Virus record (IMG/VR): IMGVR_UViG_3300031857_000018
Location: 32,001 to 96,000 of that record
Strand: one strand, 5' to 3'
From: a virus
DNA length: 64,000 nucleotides
In this document: positions 39,172 through 49,959 of the stretch, in pieces
Layout: each line of letters starts with the position of its first letter
Position numbering within the stretch: position 1 is the first letter of the stretch
Program-made: the position numbers and the translations under genes
The notes under the pieces: model-generated
What the model saw: the letters and a program-made list of their open reading frames with translations, nothing else
Told to the model about the DNA's origin: nothing
Databases searched by the model: none

Positions 39172-42100
39172 TTATACCAAAACAAAACTTCCTTGATCAC
39201 TATTAGTTTGATACACCAATTGATTTGGATTTGTTGCACGCCATTCTACTACTGGCTTACCGTCAACGGTTTCAGTTGAATTAACATTGAATGCCGGTGA
39301 TGTAAGTTTAGCTCCGGAATATTTTTGATTGTCTCGACCTGCAGGTAAAAAGTCTTGCACTTGGGCAAAACTTCCTGTTAAGTTTCTGAAATTTGATACA
39401 ACGCCATACGACCCTGAACCATACGAGCTAGTACCATAATATGAACCTGAAAATGATGATGACGCTGCAAAATATGAGCCAGATGCTAAACTTAACTCAG
39501 ATGTTACTGCATCAAGTATTACTGGTAGTATTGCTTCGCTTTGCCAATATGGGGAAGATGCAGTTATATACGTGCTTCCACTTTGAATTAAGTATGTGTA
39601 TGAATATGGAGTTCCATCATACTTATCAGCAGTTGAAGCTGTTAAATATGCTTGCCATTGATCATCGTCTTGTGCAGATATAGTTAAAATTTTACCGTCA
39701 ACAGAACCTAGATAATTTATATATTCACCACTCGCAGTTGGCTGTGAATTAGTAATTTCAGCATAATATGAATTATCATGAATACGTATCTCCGGAAGTA
39801 TAGATGTTTTATTTCTTTCTAATATATTAGGCTGTATTAATACGCCGAGTAATTCATCAACACGTGCTGGCAATAATTGTTCTAATTGTTTGAAGAATGA
39901 TAAGTCAAACAATGTAAACATTTTTATATACGAATTAATATCTGTAGCTTGTTGATACTTTTTCCAATATGATTCTGCAAACTGCGTTAAACTATCATAT
40001 GAATCAGAATTAATATCTCCCGGATCACCGATATAATTATCTAAATCAATAAAACCTAATTGTGCAATGATATCTTCATCGATCATTGTTTGTGGAGAAA
40101 AATATACTCCTAGTTTTTTACTATCAATTGGAGCAACATCATATTGACTACGTTCTGCTCTAGTTTTTATATCTAATGTACCTACTAATACATTGTTTTC
40201 AATACGTACTTTGTTATCATCATATGTGCCAGCACCAATTGATACCGCATCATAGTAGTACGTTTCTTCTATAGAATCATATGGTATATTATTCGTCCAT
40301 CCGCTAAATGATGATGATATTGTAGATGCCTTAGGTTGTATCCCGAATAAACTAGCAGTTGTAGCATGATTAATATTTTGATTCAACGGTAAACGATAAA
40401 CTAGTTCATTATACGCATCTAACGAATCATATGCTCCAGGAGCTTTAACGTGATTATCAAATGATGTATTAGAAATTGGATAATTCCATATTCTGAATTC
40501 TTGTAATTGTCCTACTAATCTCGACGCCCCAGTACTAGTATCACCAAATATAATTGATCCAGATCCAGGTAATGATGCTACTGTAGATGCTGAAGCTGCT
40601 GCAACAATTTTACCATATTTAGCTCGTTTTGCTAAAATTTCTAAATTGCTGCCATTTGTTTTTAACATTAAATTTAACCAGCCACCATCAAACAATTCAA
40701 TAGAATTTGACCCAGTACCATTAATTTGTATAGTTCCACGTGTCCCAGACGTATAATCTAATGTCACTGCATTATTACCAACCTTAAACAAATTCATTGT
40801 GCTTGGCATAGTTGGATTTGTAATAACATCATCAGTTCGGAAACGAAGTTCAATTGAATCAATTGATCCCGAATAATTAGTTGTGACAGTACCAGCTGTA
40901 TTTGTAATTAAATCTAATGCATAATCAAAATTTAATTTTTCATATACCGGTGCACGTTCAATTCTAGGACCGCCATATTCTTTAATTGTAATAAGTGATT
41001 GTGGAATACCATAACAAGACAACAATGCTTGTATGCTTCGTTTAGTACCTTTTGATTTTAATAGTAATGGCAAGTTATTAACAATGCGACGCCAAACTGC
41101 GTATGTCATATTCTGGCCAGATACTGACGGATCACCTACTGAATTTGACCCGGTAAGCGGTATTCCTGCTTCTGATGTACCTAATACATACTGCCATAAA
41201 TCTTGATATTGATTACCGTCGGTTAAGTTCCAACCAAATTGTTTTGCTACGGAATATAGCAATTCATTTGGCATACCTAATTTAGGATTTTCTTCTCGTT
41301 TGTTAATTTGAGACATATGATTGATATACGTGTAAAGTATATCATAATGATGCCCAAGCATATTAACAAATGTTTCCATTGCCACATTATTCTCATCATA
41401 TCTAATATATTCAGGTACTGTGCGGATCAATGAATTTAAATTAAATGTATCGTATGCGGTCGCGTATGAATACATTGAATCAAACCATGTAGTAAATTGA
41501 CTACTAGTTAATGGGTATAATGCAAATGGATATGTCGAATTTGATTTCGGTGCCGGCGTCAAATAACTGCCGGTGATTCTGGCTACATTTGGTGATTCAT
41601 GTGGCACAGGATAAGTAAAAATCATTGACGATGACTGATAGTATAAATACTTTTCAAAATCATCAAATCCACCAATTAAATTTGTTTTTTGCAATGTATA
41701 ATCTGCGGCATTAGTAGTTGCAACACTACCCGATATTAATGCGATTGCCGCAGATTGTGAATTATAGTATTCAACTAATGATAATTTGTATCTGAAATTT
41801 TCTAAACGTTCTGTTGCTGAACTATAGAATACAAAATTATTAAAATCTGAATAATCAATGTTTAATTTTACTCCGGATAAACTTCCAGAAAAATATGAAT
41901 CGACAATTTGCTGTGATGTATTAATCGATGACCCGAGTAAATCAGTCCAATTTTTTAATCCAGTAGTTGTTGAAGTATTGTATGAATAATTTGCATACCA
42001 GTTAGGACCAGCTAATACATTTTGTTCAATTTCAATTTCTTTTGCATTTATATAAACATTATCAACAAATGGCTCTTTTTGTTCTTGAGCAATCCAACAT

Positions 42101-42750
42101 TTAAAATTTTCTAAAATGTTTTTTGGTAATGGTTCATACAATTTAACATATATACTATCTTCAATTACAACTGTATTAACAATTAATGAAGTTTGATTTC
42201 TGCTAAAATTTAATATGTAAAAATCATAATATTGACCACCACGAGCACTAGTTTGTCTAGGACGATCTGCAAAGTCAATTAATTGATCTTGAAATTCTGC
42301 ATTGGTTGCTTGTGTAGGTTTTAACAATATCTCTGTACGATCTGCAGAAATTTCAACAATCTTTAAATATGGTTTTTCATAACTACCAATTAAATTCTTG
42401 AAGAAGTTTAAAACAACACGAAATTTACCAGATGTTAATCGTAGATTTTCAAATTCTTTATAAAGATTAATTCCAACCGGTACGCCGTTAAACTTTATTT
42501 CACGACCAGTAGTTCGATCATAATATCTAGGAATTTGATATACAGGTTGTACTGAGTGATTACCCGTTATCCAGGTTTGATCACCGTATATATGCATTTC
42601 AATAATATCTGACGCATCTGGTTTTATTATATCCGGATTTGGTTTTATTGATACATTGAATTGTGATGAGTGTTCTTCCAAGAAACGACTAGCAGCTAAC
42701 GATCCCGTTGCTGATTGAATATCACTGATATTTTTATATTGAGTTAACAT
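39172..42750 (-). CDS. baseplate wedge-like large protein
   Basis: LLKSKGTKRSI..L...YG motif; position in baseplate cluster. Confidence 0.6.
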   Translation of the reverse strand: MLTQYKNISDIQSATGSLAASRFLEEHSSQFNVSIKPNPDIIKPDASDIIEMHIYGDQTWITGNHSVQPVYQIPRYYDRTTGREIKFNGVPVGINLYKEFENLRLTSGKFRVVLNFFKNLIGSYEKPYLKIVEISADRTEILLKPTQATNAEFQDQLIDFADRPRQTSARGGQYYDFYILNFSRNQTSLIVNTVVIEDSIYVKLYEPLPKNILENFKCWIAQEQKEPFVDNVYINAKEIEIEQNVLAGPNWYANYSYNTSTTTGLKNWTDLLGSSINTSQQIVDSYFSGSLSGVKLNIDYSDFNNFVFYSSATERLENFRYKLSLVEYYNSQSAAIALISGSVATTNAADYTLQKTNLIGGFDDFEKYLYYQSSSMIFTYPVPHESPNVARITGSYLTPAPKSNSTYPFALYPLTSSQFTTWFDSMYSYATAYDTFNLNSLIRTVPEYIRYDENNVAMETFVNMLGHHYDILYTYINHMSQINKREENPKLGMPNELLYSVAKQFGWNLTDGNQYQDLWQYVLGTSEAGIPLTGSNSVGDPSVSGQNMTYAVWRRIVNNLPLLLKSKGTKRSIQALLSCYGIPQSLITIKEYGGPRIERAPVYEKLNFDYALDLITNTAGTVTTNYSGSIDSIELRFRTDDVITNPTMPSTMNLFKVGNNAVTLDYTSGTRGTIQINGTGSNSIELFDGGWLNLMLKTNGSNLEILAKRAKYGKIVAAASASTVASLPGSGSIIFGDTSTGASRLVGQLQEFRIWNYPISNTSFDNHVKAPGAYDSLDAYNELVYRLPLNQNINHATTASLFGIQPKASTISSSFSGWTNNIPYDSIEETYYYDAVSIGAGTYDDNKVRIENNVLVGTLDIKTRAERSQYDVAPIDSKKLGVYFSPQTMIDEDIIAQLGFIDLDNYIGDPGDINSDSYDSLTQFAESYWKKYQQATDINSYIKMFTLFDLSFFKQLEQLLPARVDELLGVLIQPNILERNKTSILPEIRIHDNSYYAEITNSQPTASGEYINYLGSVDGKILTISAQDDDQWQAYLTASTADKYDGTPYSYTYLIQSGSTYITASSPYWQSEAILPVILDAVTSELSLASGSYFAASSSFSGSYYGTSSYGSGSYGVVSNFRNLTGSFAQVQDFLPAGRDNQKYSGAKLTSPAFNVNSTETVDGKPVVEWRATNPNQLVYQTNSDQGSFVLV

Positions 42751-42752
42751 GC

Positions 42753-43625
42753 TTATTCAATCGGCTGATTCCATTCGTCCACATTCTTACTAGCATCAGT
42801 TACAACCATATATGTTTGTTCTGAAAATATTGTATGTCGATCCGGTTGTCCTGCAAAAGCACCGATACCAAAAGAATCTCCAATTTCAAATTCTGAATTT
42901 GAAATTATTTCATCTATAAATAAATTTTGAGTTTCACCTGGTGCAATTGCACCAAACACATAGTCGCCGCTTGGCACCGTTCTACCATTTGCATATGTTT
43001 CAGCACCACCACTATCGGTTTGTATAGGTCTATAATATCGATTAAGTGGTTTTTCTGGGCCACCCCGCATTATAGTAAAATATGCTGTTCCATATACATC
43101 ACCTAACCCGGTAGATAAAAAGTAATGTGCAACTTTAACTCGTATTCGAAGATCCGCACCCGAATTTTTAATTTCTTTCGTAATATAATACGTATTTGTA
43201 ACAGTTTGAATAGCCCCTTCTACGACAGCATCCATTAGTATTCCAGACGGTATTCCTCCGGCATTAATAACTCTGTTTTCGCTAGGTTTATATCGTGCGT
43301 ATATCGGATCTTGCTCCAATTCAATATTAATATTTACATCTGCAGCAGATGGTCTAATAGTAGCAGGAAAACTAAAATATTCAAAATTTGTATCAACTGC
43401 ATCTAAAAAGGATCTTTTTTGTATTTGTTTACGAACAGTTTCTATAATTAGAAGTTGATTATCTTCTTTAGCTTCTTGCAATATGATATTTCCGCGGTCG
43501 TCCCGACTAACAATGTTTGGATTGTTTGACATAACAGTTAACCCGTTCAACCGATAGGGTGATTCGGTTCTGAAGTTAATCGGGTCGACTAATAGTTGTG
43601 TCGTTTTAATATCTGTAATATTCAT
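42753..43625 (-). CDS. hypothetical structural protein
   Basis: Coupled ORF in baseplate operon. Confidence 0.6.
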   Translation of the reverse strand: MNITDIKTTQLLVDPINFRTESPYRLNGLTVMSNNPNIVSRDDRGNIILQEAKEDNQLLIIETVRKQIQKRSFLDAVDTNFEYFSFPATIRPSAADVNINIELEQDPIYARYKPSENRVINAGGIPSGILMDAVVEGAIQTVTNTYYITKEIKNSGADLRIRVKVAHYFLSTGLGDVYGTAYFTIMRGGPEKPLNRYYRPIQTDSGGAETYANGRTVPSGDYVFGAIAPGETQNLFIDEIISNSEFEIGDSFGIGAFAGQPDRHTIFSEQTYMVVTDASKNVDEWNQPIE

Positions 43626-44743
43626 TATCTAACTACTTTAAAATATATCTGATCGGTGATATATTGTTCTTCAATGCCACTTACAATTTTTAATTCTAAA
43701 CGATAATATCGTTCTGGCATAAAACCGTTCAAATCTAAATAAATAAAATTGCTGGTTGAATCGCAACTCACTTTAGTATAAATATTGTCGTACGGAATTA
43801 TGACCTCATCTGTAGCGGCATCTAAAACTGAGTAGTATGTAGTAGATGGTAAATACTTAACCGTTTCTATAGGAAACAGATTAGTCGGTGATTTTCTAGG
43901 AAATTTATCTCGACCAAATATTCTAATTTTAGCAATTTCTGTATCTTTATACGTAGGTTTAACGCGTGTATAAGTTGTATATGACTCAGTGTCTAATGCT
44001 GTTAATGAACCCGTTGTAAAAGTGCTGTTATCCCAGTACATAGTTAATCTAGGAACATATATAGTATGGGTTTCACGACTAAAATATCGTATATACCCAG
44101 CTAATGAACCTGAGGCTTCATATGCATCTGAAAATTGCAATAAAAATCCATGATTAGGAATAGTAGCACCACCGGAACCACTCAGCCAAATTTTTACCGC
44201 ATCTGTAACATCCATATTAATATCAGTAGTACGATATGAAAATGATTCTGATGTTATTAGGCCCGATGTAGAACCAGCAGATGCTGATTGGAACATCCAA
44301 GATCCGCCACCCCCGCTTCCAGAAGTGTATAGTGTGCTTGTGCCAATTTGTATGTTTTGACTACTCGATATCCATGTACTACCCGACATTGGTCCTGTCC
44401 ATGATGCACCGTCGATGTTTACACCACTTGATGCACCAGTACCATTAATCCAATTTTGAGCAACTAGTTTTGCACAAATATCATATTCTGATGATAAATT
44501 TTTTGCATGGGATGTATATAACTGTAACATGAATTTACAATCATTAACAGTTTTTCCATATTTTGACAATGATGCTGAAACTTCAGTCATATCAAACTTA
44601 AGCACGGATCTAGATTTTAGATATGTAGAACCTTCATCATCTAGATGTTTACCAATTTCTAAAAGTTCATCTAGACCATAGTTATAAGCCGGAGTTTGCT
44701 CATACAACGTAGTGTCTTTTTCAGCATAAAATATTTTAAACAT
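43625..44743 (-). CDS. structural protein (DNRLRE/CBM-like beta domain)
   Basis: KDTTLYE, RS.L.FD, D..DVT..V..W, NHGFLL, FSRET...PRL. Confidence 0.55.
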   Translation of the reverse strand: MFKIFYAEKDTTLYEQTPAYNYGLDELLEIGKHLDDEGSTYLKSRSVLKFDMTEVSASLSKYGKTVNDCKFMLQLYTSHAKNLSSEYDICAKLVAQNWINGTGASSGVNIDGASWTGPMSGSTWISSSQNIQIGTSTLYTSGSGGGGSWMFQSASAGSTSGLITSESFSYRTTDINMDVTDAVKIWLSGSGGATIPNHGFLLQFSDAYEASGSLAGYIRYFSRETHTIYVPRLTMYWDNSTFTTGSLTALDTESYTTYTRVKPTYKDTEIAKIRIFGRDKFPRKSPTNLFPIETVKYLPSTTYYSVLDAATDEVIIPYDNIYTKVSCDSTSNFIYLDLNGFMPERYYRLELKIVSGIEEQYITDQIYFKVVR

Positions 44744-44752
44744 GAATTATCC

Positions 44753-46633
44753 TTAATAATTTACTACACGACCGCGTATATCCTGATTAGGAAATTTAAC
44801 TTCGAATATACTAGGATCCAATGATGGATAAATAACACCATTTCTAGTAGCAGTTGTTAAATCATATACGTTGCCGGAATAGTTTTGTAATGTGTCGTAT
44901 AAGTTTTTAAATTGAACACCGATTACAGATTGTACTCCTTTTACATTGGCTAATGTAGTAGAAATATCTGATTTTACAACTGGCTGATTTATTTGCCATT
45001 TATCAATATCAAAATATGATTTTAATTCAGCAATACAACGCAACAAAACATCGTTGCTATTATAATTTGGAAGCACTGAAATTTCAAAGTCTACACCGAT
45101 ATTAATAATAAATGCATCTTTAATATTTAACGCATCCGTGAGTATCCGGTAAAAATTCAGATACGTTTTCAAGTTTTCTTTTATTGCTTGATTTAGTTGT
45201 ACCAATTGTTTTGATTGATTGTATCCTAAAACATACATGTTCAATGCAAATGGATTTGGTATTCTAGATGTCTCATATGATTGCTGAGTAATTTGATCAT
45301 CTGGTACAATATACGCTTTTGAAACACTGCCGTATTTTGCTGGCATCGAATAAGCTCGTATAATGTAATCTTCACGCGTTACTGATCTATTTTGTGCTGC
45401 AAAATTTGCTAATGCATTATTTTTAATATCTTGCAAAGTTTCTGCAGTTTTAGCACCTGACGCTGGATCTGGATTATTAACTGCAATTGAACTTTTAATA
45501 AAGTTAACCATTGAATTTGAAATGGTAGAATTTACATCATCATTGTATTCAATGAATTTAATAACTTTTAATTTGTTTGCAGCAACGTTATCCTCAATTC
45601 CATTTCCAACCACATATGTTACAGTTAATGTAGTATTAGCAGGAGCTTGACCATATGTTCTAGTATATAAAAAATTAGATGGGTCAATATCAATATCTAC
45701 ACCTTTTCTAACCGTAGATAATCCATTACCTACATTTGTTGGGTTTGGTATAATTTCTTCATCATTGTTATCAGAAATACCAGCTCCAAACTGTAATTCT
45801 AATTTATTGTCACTTCGTAATCTAGTTATAAAACGTTTTGCGGTGCGTTTCATTTTTAATAAACTAGGAGCAGATGACCTGTATGCATTTAAATCTGGAT
45901 CGTTTTCTAATAGATTTGGAACAGCTTCAAATATTGTATCTTGAGCCAAGTATGGAACTTCATACCAATTATCACCATCTGATTCTTCAACTGAAACAAT
46001 TTCAATGATATTTGTATCAGATAACACAATTTTATCATAAGCAATTGGAGAGTTGAATGTGAATTGTGATGTTTTTACTGTACCACTAACTGCTTTAACC
46101 GTTTTCTTTAAAAGATAATATACCGGTAAATTGGTTGCATCATCAGTTTCGTATACGGTTACTTCTGTTGGGTCTGACGATGATGAGTATGCAAAATCCA
46201 CCGAATCCAGAGTACGGAATTCTGCAGCACCATCTTCTTGTTTTACCTGAAACCCAGGTTTAATTGACAACGCATAGTTATAATCAGGGGCAATATTTGC
46301 ACCGGAACCAATTGCTGGCAATAATTGAAACACATCCATAGTTGCATATGCAGGAACAGCATTTTTAGGAGTATATCCTAAAGACTTAGCTAAATCAAAT
46401 ATGTTAGCTCGTTCAGATGCTTGTTCAAGCAACGACTCCTTTAAATTAGAATCTGCATAGTATGATAAAACATCCCCTATATAGGATGCCATCTCAATAA
46501 AAATCATGCCAGGCGATGATTCATTGAAATCAGTGTATGTATCTGGAAAGTACTGTTTGGTAAAGTCAATTAAGTTTTTTCTAAATTGACCAAAATCTTT
46601 TCCTAGATATGATATTTCTTTTTTTGTATTCAT
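44753..46633 (-). CDS. gp6: baseplate wedge subunit (T4 gp6-like)
   Basis: KDF..FR..L, DF.E.S.G, SY.GDVLSYY.D, LGY.P, FG.G, QNR.VT.EDY. Confidence 0.85.
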   Translation of the reverse strand: MNTKKEISYLGKDFGQFRKNLIDFTKQYFPDTYTDFNESSPGMIFIEMASYIGDVLSYYADSNLKESLLEQASERANIFDLAKSLGYTPKNAVPAYATMDVFQLLPAIGSGANIAPDYNYALSIKPGFQVKQEDGAAEFRTLDSVDFAYSSSSDPTEVTVYETDDATNLPVYYLLKKTVKAVSGTVKTSQFTFNSPIAYDKIVLSDTNIIEIVSVEESDGDNWYEVPYLAQDTIFEAVPNLLENDPDLNAYRSSAPSLLKMKRTAKRFITRLRSDNKLELQFGAGISDNNDEEIIPNPTNVGNGLSTVRKGVDIDIDPSNFLYTRTYGQAPANTTLTVTYVVGNGIEDNVAANKLKVIKFIEYNDDVNSTISNSMVNFIKSSIAVNNPDPASGAKTAETLQDIKNNALANFAAQNRSVTREDYIIRAYSMPAKYGSVSKAYIVPDDQITQQSYETSRIPNPFALNMYVLGYNQSKQLVQLNQAIKENLKTYLNFYRILTDALNIKDAFIINIGVDFEISVLPNYNSNDVLLRCIAELKSYFDIDKWQINQPVVKSDISTTLANVKGVQSVIGVQFKNLYDTLQNYSGNVYDLTTATRNGVIYPSLDPSIFEVKFPNQDIRGRVVNY

Positions 46634-46635
46634 GT

Positions 46636-47076
46636 TTATTCAATCCGAATTACGCCATTTTCATTTGCAAAAATAACAATTGTATTTGTTTCGATTTCAC
46701 TGATAGAATATGTTATTGAAACTTTAACTGTGTAATTTAAAATAGCATCGCTTTGATTAAATTCTACATCTACATTGTCTAAGGTTATGTAAGGTAACCA
46801 ATATGAAACCGCATCACGTATAGTAGTAACAATTCGTTGTTCTGTTATATCAGTCATTGGTTCAAACAATGCGTTCAATAAATCCGTACCAAATCTAGGT
46901 TGCTCATATCGTTCACCTTTTCTGGTTAATAACAGATTTTTAAAATTCGCAGTTGCCTGAGAATTATTATCGTAATTTATAGAAAAAACTCCAGTACCAT
47001 TGAACGGCAATTTAATTCCTAAACCAACTAAATTTGTTGTATCGTTTGCGGTTACCGTTTCAATTTTATATGACAT
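46636..47076 (-). CDS. gp25: baseplate gp25-like protein
   Basis: NLLLT.KGER...P.FGT.L...LFEP, W.PY. Confidence 0.85.
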   Translation of the reverse strand: MSYKIETVTANDTTNLVGLGIKLPFNGTGVFSINYDNNSQATANFKNLLLTRKGERYEQPRFGTDLLNALFEPMTDITEQRIVTTIRDAVSYWLPYITLDNVDVEFNQSDAILNYTVKVSITYSISEIETNTIVIFANENGVIRIE

Positions 47077-47582
47077 TACATACCTTTTTTCTTATCAATT
47101 GCTTTCATCATGGCAGAATAATCTCGAGTCATTGCAGCTGCTACTGTAGGATCAACTTCATACACTTTACCAGTTTCTGGATCTTCCATTACTTTTGGGG
47201 CAGTCGGTGCCATACCTAAAGATTCTTTCATGTTTTGACGCATTGCACCGAATCCAATAGCATCTGCTGATGTCATTCGAATTTCGTCAAAACTTTCATT
47301 CATCATATCTTTGAAACTATTCATTGCTAACGGTTGTTGTTCTGACAATGGATCTGTTTCATTTAATACCGATGCCCAACGATTATCTTCAAACATTGGT
47401 TTCTTCTTTGTCGGCGTGTTTTGCTGGCGTGATACATTATGTGGTTTTACAGGACGTTTCATTTCAGTAATCGTTTTCTGTAATCCTTCGCGAAGAATTT
47501 CGGTTAATTCTTCCTGAATAACCGAACGTACTTCTTCTCGTACCACCCGTTTTAGTGCTTGTATAAGTGTTTTACTATCCAT
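47076..47582 (-). CDS. hypothetical protein
   Basis: VVREEVR..I.EE; LNET; TRDYS.MMK. Confidence 0.7.
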   Translation of the reverse strand: MDSKTLIQALKRVVREEVRSVIQEELTEILREGLQKTITEMKRPVKPHNVSRQQNTPTKKKPMFEDNRWASVLNETDPLSEQQPLAMNSFKDMMNESFDEIRMTSADAIGFGAMRQNMKESLGMAPTAPKVMEDPETGKVYEVDPTVAAAMTRDYSAMMKAIDKKKGM

Positions 47583-47625
47583 ATGATATTATTTATTAAT
47601 AAATATAAACATGTATAAAATGTAA

Positions 47626-48453
47626 TTAAATCCAAGCGGTATATGATACCTTAGGACCGATTATAGCTTGTGTATCTAAATCAACATAATAATCGCCAGG
47701 TTTTCCTAAGTTCGGATCTGGTAAACCGTTGCCACGATATACCAAACTTGGAGCTTCTTGCAGTGATTGTAATAAATCTTGTTGCTGCTGTAATATTTGT
47801 TGAATTAAATCAGATCGATCTGATAAGTCTTTTGAATTTACGTTATCTTCAGTATAAAACTCGGTATCAACAAGATCGTTATAATCTTGAATATCTGAAT
47901 CTCCTAATAAATTTTCAGGAATAGAAACCTCCGGAGTATTCTCACCACAAGCTCCTTCTACTCGTTGCAATGCTGATAATATAGGAGGAATAACGGTTTG
48001 TATTTTTGCTGTTAATGCTGGTGGAACTTGCTCAAATTGTTTTAAAGATTCTAATGCATTAACAATTGTAGCATCTTGAATTAAAGTTAATTGCGTTGCA
48101 ATAAATACCGCAGCAGTTGCTGGATTTGATAATTGTGCTGCAGATATTGCAGCTTTGATAGCAACAGCCGTATTAACAATTTGTTTAACTGTGTTAATCG
48201 TAGTTTGTATTTTAGGTATAGTTTCTTGTATCTTTGTAATTTGTTCCTGAACTTGAGCTAACTGTTCTTTAATTTTTTTCATTCTAGGATCATCGCATTT
48301 AACATTCGTTGCTAGTTTTATAGAATCAGTAACCGTAGTAGTAACAGTTTGTAACAACACATCGGTTTGTTTGTTAACCTGTTTAATGGTTTCCGTTACT
48401 GCTATCGATGGCAGTTTAGGTATAAAATCTAATGGTGGAACTATTGCACTCAT
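47626..48453 (-). CDS. hypothetical helical protein in baseplate cluster
   Basis: Coiled coil; C-terminal G.PD..LG..GDYY.D....I.GPK motif. Confidence 0.65.
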   Translation of the reverse strand: MSAIVPPLDFIPKLPSIAVTETIKQVNKQTDVLLQTVTTTVTDSIKLATNVKCDDPRMKKIKEQLAQVQEQITKIQETIPKIQTTINTVKQIVNTAVAIKAAISAAQLSNPATAAVFIATQLTLIQDATIVNALESLKQFEQVPPALTAKIQTVIPPILSALQRVEGACGENTPEVSIPENLLGDSDIQDYNDLVDTEFYTEDNVNSKDLSDRSDLIQQILQQQQDLLQSLQEAPSLVYRGNGLPDPNLGKPGDYYVDLDTQAIIGPKVSYTAWI

Positions 48454-48454
48454 A

Positions 48455-49510
48455 TTATGATATTTTCTTTTGTATGAAATATTTAGAACTTAACAACTCT
48501 TGAAGTTGATTTTGTGCTGATGTTAGTGCACTTTTATCTAGAAACGTACCTGCCATCGAACCACATTGAATTGGCATATTTAATTGATTTAAAATTTGTT
48601 GAAGAACGTTTAATAAAACATTTCCATGTACCAATGATTGATCTGCGGTGTCAGAACCTATTTTAACTTCGCCGGTTGTGTTTAACACAATTCCTTTTGG
48701 TGAATCTATTACCGCAATATCAGTTTTTGCTTTTAACACAATACGATCAGCAGTACCAATAAATTGAGACTGCGCGTAATTAGATTCATTTGGATAAAAA
48801 TATGTTAATGAATTTTTCTTACGAGGTGCACCAAATTGTAAATCTGGAATTTTTTGTGTACTAGTTAAGTACAGAGATGCTCCATCAGTTTTAATGTTTT
48901 CAGTAACAAACTGTTTGCCTTTTTTATTTTCTCGATTATTTGAAAGAATAATAATTGGATCACCAACTGCATCTCCTAACCATGGTGATTGCAATGTATA
49001 CCGGTCAGAGTCAGGTACTGTGCTTCCTAATCGGATACTGTTACCCCAACGACCTTCAATCATTAAATCACCTTCAAATGGTTGTAATGGCGATATAATT
49101 TTAGATTGGAATGTTTTCCCTGGTATGATTTTTTTAACATCGCTTTCTGTAATTGTATCTCCATATGAGATTCCTGGTAAGAAATTTTCATTTACACCTG
49201 ATGAAATTGAGTATGGAGAAAAATAATACCAGTCTATTCCGGTATTATCCAGAGTGGTTTCTTGATTATACGCCCGGAATATTAATACATGTTCGCCTAC
49301 TAAAGGAATTTGCTTAATATTGTTATTGAATGGCCTACATGTTCGTATATCATGTTTATTGGTCATTCTATTAACACTTTGAACACGAACTGTGAATAAT
49401 CGATCATCTAACCGGTCGCCATTTACAGTCTCATATCGATAAGTTTCATCAAAAGTATCAATAACTTCTGCAACTTCAAATAAGATATAATCTGGATTAT
49501 CCATTGGCAT
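48455..49510 (-). CDS. baseplate hub/spike protein (gp5-like)
   Basis: PLVGE.V OB-fold motif, EGD..IEGRWGNSIRLG, beta-helical C-terminus. Confidence 0.55.
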   Translation of the reverse strand: MPMDNPDYILFEVAEVIDTFDETYRYETVNGDRLDDRLFTVRVQSVNRMTNKHDIRTCRPFNNNIKQIPLVGEHVLIFRAYNQETTLDNTGIDWYYFSPYSISSGVNENFLPGISYGDTITESDVKKIIPGKTFQSKIISPLQPFEGDLMIEGRWGNSIRLGSTVPDSDRYTLQSPWLGDAVGDPIIILSNNRENKKGKQFVTENIKTDGASLYLTSTQKIPDLQFGAPRKKNSLTYFYPNESNYAQSQFIGTADRIVLKAKTDIAVIDSPKGIVLNTTGEVKIGSDTADQSLVHGNVLLNVLQQILNQLNMPIQCGSMAGTFLDKSALTSAQNQLQELLSSKYFIQKKIS

Positions 49511-49934
49511 CGCTAGTTCCTATCTTTGTTTTAACATCATTAATTTTTTGTTGTAAAACAGTTTCTTCGTCGGAAATTCGCTCTAACTCATCTTCTAATT
49601 CGGAACTCAGAGTGGCTTCTGCAACCTTTAATAGTTGTTGTTTTTCTTCATCACTTAAAAGACCATCAGCACCTGCAATAGTCTGTTTGGTTGAAATGAA
49701 TCTTTGTACAATAGCAGTTAATTTAACCAAGTGGTCATCATTTTTAACTGCTACATCTAAATATTCTTTGATCAGTGGAACTATGATAGTTGCGTCTGAT
49801 GCATTTTTTATTAATGGCTGTAACTGGGCAATAAGTTGGTTGATTTGTCTATCTTTCTTTTTAGAATTGTGATAAACATCGGACATTAAATCTGCAAAAC
49901 TAGTTCCTTTGAATAGTTCATCATTCTTATCCAT
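49497..49934 (-). CDS. hypothetical helical protein
   Basis: 145 aa with own late motif and AAGGA. Confidence 0.7.
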   Translation of the reverse strand: MDKNDELFKGTSFADLMSDVYHNSKKKDRQINQLIAQLQPLIKNASDATIIVPLIKEYLDVAVKNDDHLVKLTAIVQRFISTKQTIAGADGLLSDEEKQQLLKVAEATLSSELEDELERISDEETVLQQKINDVKTKIGTSDANG

Positions 49935-49959
49935 AACGTAAATTCCTTTAATATAAATA

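Noticed and set aside
49497-49934. Possible terminase small subunit
   Set aside because: Size and helicity fit, but there is no diagnostic motif and it is far from terL; left as hypothetical.
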